The notes under the pieces: generated by a model | What the model was told of the DNA's origin: nothing | The model's input: only the letters and a program-made list of their open reading frames with translations | Database searches by the model: none | NCBI GenBank assembly: GCA_016795105.1 | Contig: JAEUIH010000032.1 | Location: 1-64,000 of the forward strand | Reading direction: 5' to 3' | Length of the DNA stretch: 64,000 nt | From: Planctomyces sp. | GTDB taxonomy: Bacteria > Planctomycetota > Planctomycetia > Planctomycetales > Planctomycetaceae | Program-made: the position numbers and the translations under genes | Shown: positions 56,990 through 64,000 of the stretch, in pieces | Layout of the letters: every line of letters begins with the position of its first letter | Numbering within the stretch: position 1 is the first letter of the stretch

Positions 56990-59965
56990 ATGCTCAGTCC
57001 CGCAGAAAAGCTGGGGTTGTCTGGCGCGACACTGGACAACTCTGTCCGCCGCGCGGTCAACCATGTCTCGGATCCAACCCTAAAACGAGTTTCCGAAAGA
57101 CTTCGTTCGAATGCTGAGGCAAACGGGGTTGTTTATGAACGCGATGGAGTGGCTGAAGCAGTTCGAATCATGCTGCGACCTCTTCTGGCCATGCCTGAAC
57201 AGATCAACTACGTCGACCATGTGTGCCTTAAACTCGCCGAAGCGCTGAAGCAACTGCCGGCACTGTATCTGGAAGATGCGGATGTACGACGAATACTGGC
57301 GATTACCGAAGACGAAGAAGCCTGGATCCGTGAAACCTGGACTCCGTTTCATCAAAAGCTGAACCCTGTCTATGGCAGGCTTGATGCCGTCTGCGACTTC
57401 ACGGCTGCAGGCTGGCAGGAGTCTTTGCAGTTCATGGAACCAAACCTGTCCGGTGTTGGCGGAATTCACTTCGCCCCTCTGGCAGAACAGCTTGTTATGC
57501 GTGATGTGATTCCTACTCTTCAGGCTCACGACCCGGAGCTTGAAGTTTCGCTGCCTCGTGACCAGCGAGATCTGTTCGTGCAGGTCCTGATCGACCATGC
57601 CAGGGCATTGGGCAGAGACTCCTGTCAACTTTGCTTTGTGGATCCCAAATACATCCATGAAGGCCCTGATGAACAGGAAGTTTTATGTCAGTTTCTTGCT
57701 GAGCGACATGGGCTCAATATACGACATGCAGACCCCACGGAACTCGAAGTTCGGGGCGATGAAATCTACTTTGGCGATCTTCGTGTTGATGTGGTCTACC
57801 GCGACTACGACATCAGAGATCTTGTTGACCGGGAACGTGAACTGGGACACCGTCTTGAAGCAATGCGGCTGGCATTTCGGCAGAACCGAGTCGTGTCTTC
57901 CATCGTTGGAGACTTTGATCACAAGAGTTGCTGGGAACTGTTGACCGATGAGAAGCTTGCTGAGCGATTCTTCTCTGATGAAGAACGTCGTTTGTTCCGA
58001 AGACACGTCCTGTGGACTCGAGTTGTCTGCGACCGTCGTACTTCGCTTCCCCATGGAAAGTCCGGAGACCTCCTGGAATTCGCCCGAGTCTATCGCGAAC
58101 AGCTGGTCCTCAAGCCAAATCGCGGATACGGCGGTGCCGGAGTCACCATAGGTGCCGCAGCAACAGAATCTGAATGGGATCATCTGCTGCAGCTGGCGGT
58201 AAAGAACGCGAACGATCCGCTGACTTCATGGGTTGTCCAGGCTGCGACTCGACTGCCGGTTCACGCATTCCCCGTCATCGCAGGCAACGGCCAGGTGTTC
58301 GAAGAACCATTTCATGCTGTCATGGGATTTGCTCCGACGGAAAACGGGCTGGGAATGCTATGCCGAGTCTCTCAGAAGCAGGTTGTGAACGTTGCTCAGC
58401 ATGGGGGACTTGCCGCAATGCTGGTTGCTCATCCTCCGAGTGAACTGCGTTTACGAAAGCGAACGCTGGTGGCATCCGATGGAATCGAGCAGACGCTGCG
58501 CAGCCAGATTGTTGAGATTCGTCATCTGGATCAGACCATCGGACTGCTTGGGTGGGACGAGGAGACAATGTTGCCAGTTGCCGGTCGGCCACAGCGAGGT
58601 GAGCAACTGGCGACACTTGAGGGGCTGAGACATTCTTTACTGGTCTCTGATCGACTCGGAGACCTGATCGAAGAAGTGGCCCAGCAGCGGGAAGATGATG
58701 AGCGATGGATGCGGGAGATTACCATTCTGAGAAGACTCCGGCGATCCTCACAGGCTTTGCCTGATGACCTGGTTCGCGCATTTGCCAAGGCCAGATCGCG
58801 AGCACTTGGAGCATGGGAAGACGCGAGAGTGCGATCCGACTTCTCTGTGTTCGAACGACCGTTTGAGAGAGTTGTCGAACTCGCGCGTGAGCGGGCCGAT
58901 GCTCTCGCTCGCGGCTCTGAACCCTTTGATGCACTGCTTGATGAACATGAACCCGGCATGACACGTTCAAGACTCGATCCGGTTCTCAACGAACTCCGGG
59001 ATCAACTGATACCATTGGTCCGCACACTGAGTGAATCGACACGACAGTGGGCAACAACGCTCCAGGGACGCCGCTTTTCTGAACGAGGACAGTGGGAACT
59101 TGCCCGAAGAATGCTTACGGCGATCGGATTTGACTTCTCTCGCGGAAGGCTGGATCGTTCAACACACCCCTTCACACTCGGGGCAGGGGCCCATGATGTG
59201 AGACTGACCATTTCCGTGCGCGAAGACGACTTTCTCCGAACAATTCTGGCAACCATGCATGAAGGTGGCCATGGTCTTTATGATCAGGGATTCCTGACAA
59301 CAGATCGAGACTGGATGCTGGGTGATGCTCCGGGAATGGGACTTCACGAATCTCAGTCAAGACTTTGGGAGAACCACATCGGCCGAAGCCGAGCGTTCTG
59401 GCAATTCTGGTTCCCGGCTCTTTCAGAATTGTTCGCAACTACCGTGGGCGATCTGAACGCTGAGACCCTGTATCGAGCACTCAATGTTGTTCAGCCGTGC
59501 TGCAATCGAGTCGCTGCAGATGAAGTCTCTTATCATTTGCACATTCTGCTGCGATATGAACTCGAACAGGCACTGCTGTCCGGAGATCTGGCGGTTGCCG
59601 ACCTGCCCCAGTTGTGGAACGAGCGAACGACCGCTCTGCTGGGAGTGACCCCCGCGAATGATGTGGAAGGTGTTCTTCAGGATGTACACTGGTCTCTTGG
59701 AATGTTTGGGTATTTTCCGACCTACACACTTGGTACCCTCTATGCAGCACAAATCGTTGAACGCTATAAAGAGGAGAACCCGCTTGAAGATGAAGTTCGA
59801 CGAGGTGAATTCCGTCCGCTGCTGAACTGGCTCAGAAAAATGGTCCACCAGCCAGGATACCGAATGAATGCCGAAGAACTTGTAACTCAGGTGACGGGTC
59901 GTGGACTGGATTCTTCTGCGTTTCTTCGACATCTTCAACGCAGGTTCACTTCGCCACAGGGTTAA
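56990..59965 (+). CDS. Fusion protein: N-terminal circularly-permuted ATP-grasp (glutathionylspermidine-synthase-like) ligase domain + C-terminal M32 carboxypeptidase (Taq-type) domain
   Basis: The N-terminal ~480 aa have the CP-ATP-grasp-2 style organisation (...VDPKYIHEGPDEQEVLCQF...LKPNRGYGGAGVTIG...). The C-terminal ~500 aa carry M32 motifs: HPFT, DVRLT, the zinc site HEGGHGLYDQG (HExxH), HESQSRLWEN, IRxxADEVSYHLHILLRYE and GxxQDVHWS. The longer ORF starts with TTG at 56981. Confidence 0.7.
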   Translation: MLSPAEKLGLSGATLDNSVRRAVNHVSDPTLKRVSERLRSNAEANGVVYERDGVAEAVRIMLRPLLAMPEQINYVDHVCLKLAEALKQLPALYLEDADVRRILAITEDEEAWIRETWTPFHQKLNPVYGRLDAVCDFTAAGWQESLQFMEPNLSGVGGIHFAPLAEQLVMRDVIPTLQAHDPELEVSLPRDQRDLFVQVLIDHARALGRDSCQLCFVDPKYIHEGPDEQEVLCQFLAERHGLNIRHADPTELEVRGDEIYFGDLRVDVVYRDYDIRDLVDRERELGHRLEAMRLAFRQNRVVSSIVGDFDHKSCWELLTDEKLAERFFSDEERRLFRRHVLWTRVVCDRRTSLPHGKSGDLLEFARVYREQLVLKPNRGYGGAGVTIGAAATESEWDHLLQLAVKNANDPLTSWVVQAATRLPVHAFPVIAGNGQVFEEPFHAVMGFAPTENGLGMLCRVSQKQVVNVAQHGGLAAMLVAHPPSELRLRKRTLVASDGIEQTLRSQIVEIRHLDQTIGLLGWDEETMLPVAGRPQRGEQLATLEGLRHSLLVSDRLGDLIEEVAQQREDDERWMREITILRRLRRSSQALPDDLVRAFAKARSRALGAWEDARVRSDFSVFERPFERVVELARERADALARGSEPFDALLDEHEPGMTRSRLDPVLNELRDQLIPLVRTLSESTRQWATTLQGRRFSERGQWELARRMLTAIGFDFSRGRLDRSTHPFTLGAGAHDVRLTISVREDDFLRTILATMHEGGHGLYDQGFLTTDRDWMLGDAPGMGLHESQSRLWENHIGRSRAFWQFWFPALSELFATTVGDLNAETLYRALNVVQPCCNRVAADEVSYHLHILLRYELEQALLSGDLAVADLPQLWNERTTALLGVTPANDVEGVLQDVHWSLGMFGYFPTYTLGTLYAAQIVERYKEENPLEDEVRRGEFRPLLNWLRKMVHQPGYRMNAEELVTQVTGRGLDSSAFLRHLQRRFTSPQG

Positions 59966-59996
59966 TCATCGAACTGAATTGTCTCAGGAAATTATC

Positions 59997-60917
59997 ATGC
60001 TCAATGCTCACCTGCTTTTTGGCATCGTTCTCCTGCTGCACTGTGCGGTCAATTCGGCGTGTCACGGATCACAGGAAGACGAGTTGTTCTCCGGACCTCA
60101 GCAGGGCGAACCTCTGCCAGCTTTAACAATGAACGGGGTCTATGATGAAAGTGCAGGAAAGCCTATTGATGTCTCGAATAAGATCGGCGAAGGCCCGGGA
60201 CTGATTATCTTCGTTCATGAACGGACTCGCCCAACGTTCGGCCTGATGAATGCACTTCTCCGCTTTTCGGAGACTCGACGCGACAAAGGCCTGACAACCG
60301 CTGCATGCCTGCTTTCCGCTGACCCGACAGAAACGGAAAACTGGCTGAAGCAGATTCGTCAGTATCTTCCCAGGGAACGAGAACTCCTGATTGGAATCTC
60401 GCCGGATGGGCAGGAAGGCCCTGGGACCTTTGGCCTGAACCGAAATGTGGCAATGACAATTCTGGTCGTCGAGGATCAGAAAGTGACTGCCAACTTTACT
60501 CTTGTGCAACCCGGGATTGACGTTGATGGGCCAAAGATTCTGAAGGCCGTTGTTGATGTGACCGGAGGTGGCGAAGTCCCGGAAATTGCAACGTTCGCAA
60601 ATGCCGGACGAATGAACCGAGACGGAAGTCGGCCCGAACGATCCGCCGCTGAACAGGATCCCCGACTTCGTCCGCTTCTGTCAAAGCTCATTCGAAAGGA
60701 CGCAACCGCGGAAGATGTCGACGCAGCCGCAGAGGCAATCAAGATGTTTGTTAAAGAGAATCCTCAAACCGGACCCCAGATTGCTGCGATTGCAAATCGC
60801 ATTATCGATGCCGGTAAACTGGAAGACTATGGCACTCCTCACGCTCAAAGGTACCTGAAGGACTGGTCTAAATCATTTGCTGTCACGGACGACAAAAAAC
60901 CTAAAGACTCGAATTGA
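59997..60917 (+). CDS. Hypothetical secreted protein
   Basis: Signal peptide MLNAHLLFGIVLLLHCAVNSA. AGGAA sits 7 nt upstream of the ATG, and the ORF is 306 aa. Confidence 0.55.
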   Translation: MLNAHLLFGIVLLLHCAVNSACHGSQEDELFSGPQQGEPLPALTMNGVYDESAGKPIDVSNKIGEGPGLIIFVHERTRPTFGLMNALLRFSETRRDKGLTTAACLLSADPTETENWLKQIRQYLPRERELLIGISPDGQEGPGTFGLNRNVAMTILVVEDQKVTANFTLVQPGIDVDGPKILKAVVDVTGGGEVPEIATFANAGRMNRDGSRPERSAAEQDPRLRPLLSKLIRKDATAEDVDAAAEAIKMFVKENPQTGPQIAAIANRIIDAGKLEDYGTPHAQRYLKDWSKSFAVTDDKKPKDSN

Positions 60918-60959
60918 GATGTTGTCCGATTGAAGTGTCGGGCGTTTGCAGGTTTGATC

Positions 60960-63101
60960 ATGCTGAAGCTGTTCTTCATCGCGGGACTGCTGATTTCACC
61001 AGGCCAGGCCGAGGTGAATGATCGTCTTGTTGATTTTGAAACAGAAATCATCCCGATTCTGACTCGCTATGGCTGCAACTCAGGAGCATGCCACGGCGCA
61101 GCAGTTGGACGAGGCAATTTTCATCTGTCACTCTTCGGCAGCCGCCCACACGATGACTACACAGCCATTGTCGAACAGTTTGAAGCTCGCAGAACGAATC
61201 TCGCTGATCCTCGCCAAAGCCTGCTGCTGCTGAAACCTCAGGGACTGGTTGATCACGGTGGAGGAGTTCGTTTGTCTGAGCACGACACGGCGACAGATTC
61301 CCTTCTCCGGTGGATTCAGCAGGGTGCCCGCAGAAAACAGCACAGGGCTCTTGACGAACTCCGAATCACGATCACGCCACATGCACCTGCTCCTGTCGAC
61401 ACACTCCGCAGAATCACCTGCCTTGCCGACTTTAGACGTCATGATTCAGGCCTGCAGAGGAATTGCGACGTTACACACCTCACAACATTCTCCGCAGAAG
61501 ACCCCACGGCCGTCAGTATTTCTAAAGACGGCGAGGTCCGTATCAAGCGGCCAGGTCGTCATGTTGTAATTGTGAGGTATCTCGACAGGGTTATACCCGT
61601 TGAAATCCTTGTTCCGTTTGAATCCGGGGATGTGACGCCAGGCCAGCCGAGCAAACCACCAGGCCACCCGATTGATATCGTCGTCGAACACAAAGCCGCC
61701 GAGCTTCGAGTACCAATTGCAGATCCATTAGGTGACGAACAGATTGTCCGTAGACTTTCTCTGGATCTCGCCGGCAGAGTCCCACTGGCGATGCCAGAGC
61801 ATCTGAAGTTGTCTGCACGACCCCTGGACCGCAAACCTCTGATTGACGAACTCCTTAACTCGGAAGAGTTCGTCGACTTCTGGACGTTTCAGATGATGCA
61901 AATGCTGATGCTGAATTCAGTCGGAGACACAAACGTCGCGACGAACTGCCAAACATGGATGAAGTCCATGGTGGCCCAGGATGCTTCAATGGCCGAAGTC
62001 GTCAAAGATCTCCTGGCCGCCGAAGGCCCGGTTGCCAACAATGGGCCAGCAGCGTTCTATCTGGTTCGAACCGATGCCAGAAGTCAGGCTGAATATCTGA
62101 CCGAGTCATTCGCAGGTATTCGACTTCGGTGCGCCAACTGCCATGATCATCCCCTCGATCGCTGGACTCAGGATGACTATCATGGACTCTCAGCCATCTT
62201 TGCGAGTGTATCACGCGGAACGGAAATTCGCAGGAACGGCAGAGGTACCGTGATACATCCCGGAACAGGACTTCCTGCGATTCCAAAGATCCCCGGCCGG
62301 GATCTGAATCAAGATGTGCAACTCTCTTCTGAGCACGTCGCTGACTGGTTGCTCGACACCGAGAATCCACTATTTGCCAGACACTTTGTAAACCGCGTCT
62401 GGTCGCTGTTGACCGGTCGAGGACTTGTCCATCCGGTTGATGATCTGCGTCCGACCAATCTCTCGCCTCTTGAACCTGTACTCACACGCCTGACCAGCGA
62501 CTTTGTCGAATCCGGGTATCGACTGAAGCCATTGCTGAGAACAATCTGTTCAACAGACGTATACGCGCGTTCGTCACATCCAGATCGGACCTACACTGAT
62601 CTTCCAGGACTCTTCGCTTGCTCACAAAATACACCACTGTCGGCTGAGGTGCTGCTGGACGCCATTTGTGATGTGACTGGCGTCGCGGAGTCGTTCGATG
62701 GATATCCATTGGGAACAAGAGCAATACAGCTTCCGTCATCGAAACTTCTTCCTGAATCGCTGAATCTGCCTGGACGATGTCCTGAGCCAGTCGGATGTGC
62801 CTCAGGAAATGAGAATCCACAACCCGACGTCTCGACCTTTCTCGGACTTCTGAATGGTCCACTTATCAACCATCGACTGCAGCACGAGTCCTGTTTTCTG
62901 AATCAGGCCCCGTTTAAGAACCGACCAGTCAGCGACCAGATACGTGAAATCTATCTACGGGCTCTCAACCGCCAGCCAACTCAGGCAGAAGCCGATCTCT
63001 GGTCTCGACATATTTCCATGACGAACTCGTCGACTGAGAAACAGGAGGTTCTGGAAGACCTGTTGTGGAGCATAATTGTGAGCAGGGAATTCAGCCAGTA
63101 A
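60960..63101 (+). CDS. DUF1549/DUF1553 (PSCyt/PSD1) family protein
   Basis: The N-terminal YGCNSGACHG is a PSCyt-type CxxCH-like motif, and the later CANCHDHPLDRWTQDDYHGLSAIFAS is the DUF1553 signature. Signal peptide MLKLFFIAGLLISPGQA. The track ORF starts with TTG at 60930. Confidence 0.75.
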   Translation: MLKLFFIAGLLISPGQAEVNDRLVDFETEIIPILTRYGCNSGACHGAAVGRGNFHLSLFGSRPHDDYTAIVEQFEARRTNLADPRQSLLLLKPQGLVDHGGGVRLSEHDTATDSLLRWIQQGARRKQHRALDELRITITPHAPAPVDTLRRITCLADFRRHDSGLQRNCDVTHLTTFSAEDPTAVSISKDGEVRIKRPGRHVVIVRYLDRVIPVEILVPFESGDVTPGQPSKPPGHPIDIVVEHKAAELRVPIADPLGDEQIVRRLSLDLAGRVPLAMPEHLKLSARPLDRKPLIDELLNSEEFVDFWTFQMMQMLMLNSVGDTNVATNCQTWMKSMVAQDASMAEVVKDLLAAEGPVANNGPAAFYLVRTDARSQAEYLTESFAGIRLRCANCHDHPLDRWTQDDYHGLSAIFASVSRGTEIRRNGRGTVIHPGTGLPAIPKIPGRDLNQDVQLSSEHVADWLLDTENPLFARHFVNRVWSLLTGRGLVHPVDDLRPTNLSPLEPVLTRLTSDFVESGYRLKPLLRTICSTDVYARSSHPDRTYTDLPGLFACSQNTPLSAEVLLDAICDVTGVAESFDGYPLGTRAIQLPSSKLLPESLNLPGRCPEPVGCASGNENPQPDVSTFLGLLNGPLINHRLQHESCFLNQAPFKNRPVSDQIREIYLRALNRQPTQAEADLWSRHISMTNSSTEKQEVLEDLLWSIIVSREFSQ

Positions 63102-63189
63102 CAAATGCGTGCTCATGTTACTTGAGAGAAATCGTTTCAATTTCGTAGAGTAACTAAGTCTCACGCGATCCGCTTTCAGGAAACACGGA

Positions 63190-63672
63190 ATGTCTGATTC
63201 AACTCCAGCAACACCCACTCCACCTTCGCCGGATTTGCAGGCGACAAATTCGCCAGCGCCAGGTCCGGAACATGAAAAACTCAAACCACTCGTTGACCGC
63301 GCTCAGAAGCTCATGGCACATGCCTGGATGATTCGAACCTTTGTCAAACACTGTGATGAGGTTGACGACTTTCCTGAGCTCAATGAGATGGCTCGCACGA
63401 TCTTCGACACGTTTCGAGCACTGGAAACGCAGGTAGATGACCCTGTCAGTTATTTCAAAATTGTACGGAAGAAAATCGGGGCTCTAAAATCAGCAGCCAT
63501 GCAGTTTCAGAAAGACGCATGGCATGCCTCAACCCACACGAATTTTCAGCAGGCAGCTATTGCCGCACTCGCTCTGGGTGAACAGCTTCAGGAGCTACTC
63601 GAACAGGCCGAAACCATCCTTCCGAAACGCCCCGCACCACCAAAGATCACTCTCCCTCCAAAAACAACCTGA
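63190..63672 (+). CDS. Hypothetical protein (Pro-rich N-terminus, helical body)
   Basis: A 160-aa ORF with an ATG start. It has no competing ORF and no recognised domain. Confidence 0.45.
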   Translation: MSDSTPATPTPPSPDLQATNSPAPGPEHEKLKPLVDRAQKLMAHAWMIRTFVKHCDEVDDFPELNEMARTIFDTFRALETQVDDPVSYFKIVRKKIGALKSAAMQFQKDAWHASTHTNFQQAAIAALALGEQLQELLEQAETILPKRPAPPKITLPPKTT

Positions 63673-64000
63673 TTTTCAGCCATCCCAAAGTACTCATCAC
63701 GCTCCACCGTGATGACGAAGCTACTTTGGACAATGCAAAATTTGACTTCGGAGGTCAACTCCGCAGAGATCAGACCACGCGTTTACCAAATGATTGAAGA
63801 CCGGACCCGGGCGACCTGTGCCAACCGGACTTCCGTCGATTGAGGATACGGGCAGAAGACAAACGGGGGTCGACGAAAGAAAACATTCCTCCGCATCATC
63901 GAGAATGGAACGTGCGATTGTGGTTCTTCGAAACGGAATTTGCAGGGACTGGCAAAGCTCTTCCACAATTCTGCGGCTCATACTGTTGAGGACGCCGGAA

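Noticed and set aside
63721-63981. 86-aa minus-strand ORF at the window end
   Set aside because: It has no Shine-Dalgarno, no recognisable similarity and an odd composition. It is left unannotated.
1-64000. Mobile element, prophage or genomic island boundaries
   Set aside because: No integrase, transposase, phage structural genes or flanking direct repeats were seen. The only hint is the degenerate tRNA-like element at 774-843.

Overview
The window reads as a chromosomal segment from a Planctomycetota-type genome. This is inferred from gene content: DUF1549/DUF1553 + DUF1501 gene pairs, a PVC-type giant heme-binding dehydrogenase-like protein, a membrane formylglycine-generating enzyme, a TPR-rich Ser/Thr kinase, the long NagB-II deaminase and ECF sigma factors of the planctomycete type. 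There are about 50 protein-coding genes, one tRNA-like element and no rRNA, CRISPR, integrase or transposase. Housekeeping genes include hslV-hslU, an SPFH protein, a PspA/IM30 envelope-stress operon led by an ECF sigma factor, a Gfo/Idh/MocA oxidoreductase, the long-form glucosamine-6-phosphate deaminase and an HD-domain dNTPase-like protein. The most notable region is a ~14 kb Tad/Flp-type pilus locus (27.9-42 kb). It contains two Flp-like prepilins, one of them a ~395-aa giant; a TadV prepilin peptidase; TadE/TadG-like pseudopilins; a CpaF ATPase carrying an N-terminal FHA domain; TadB, TadC and a second FHA-like repeat membrane protein; two tandem paralogous ECF sigma factors on the opposite strand inside the locus; and a divergently transcribed Ser/Thr kinase next to it. 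No secretin or CpaE/TadZ is visible. Together this suggests a phospho-regulated (STK-to-FHA) pilus or secretion machine. A second notable item is a 994-aa fusion of a circularly-permuted ATP-grasp ligase-like domain to an M32 (Taq-type) carboxypeptidase. Smaller observations are a tRNA-Glu-like element with a defective acceptor stem, several intergenic and coding tandem repeats, a four-zinc-ribbon acidic protein, and an HslV that appears to carry an N-terminal propeptide ahead of its catalytic Thr. Start codons were refined by hand from the ORF track, whose first M is often GTG or TTG. My base indexing may be off by ±1-2 nt in places.
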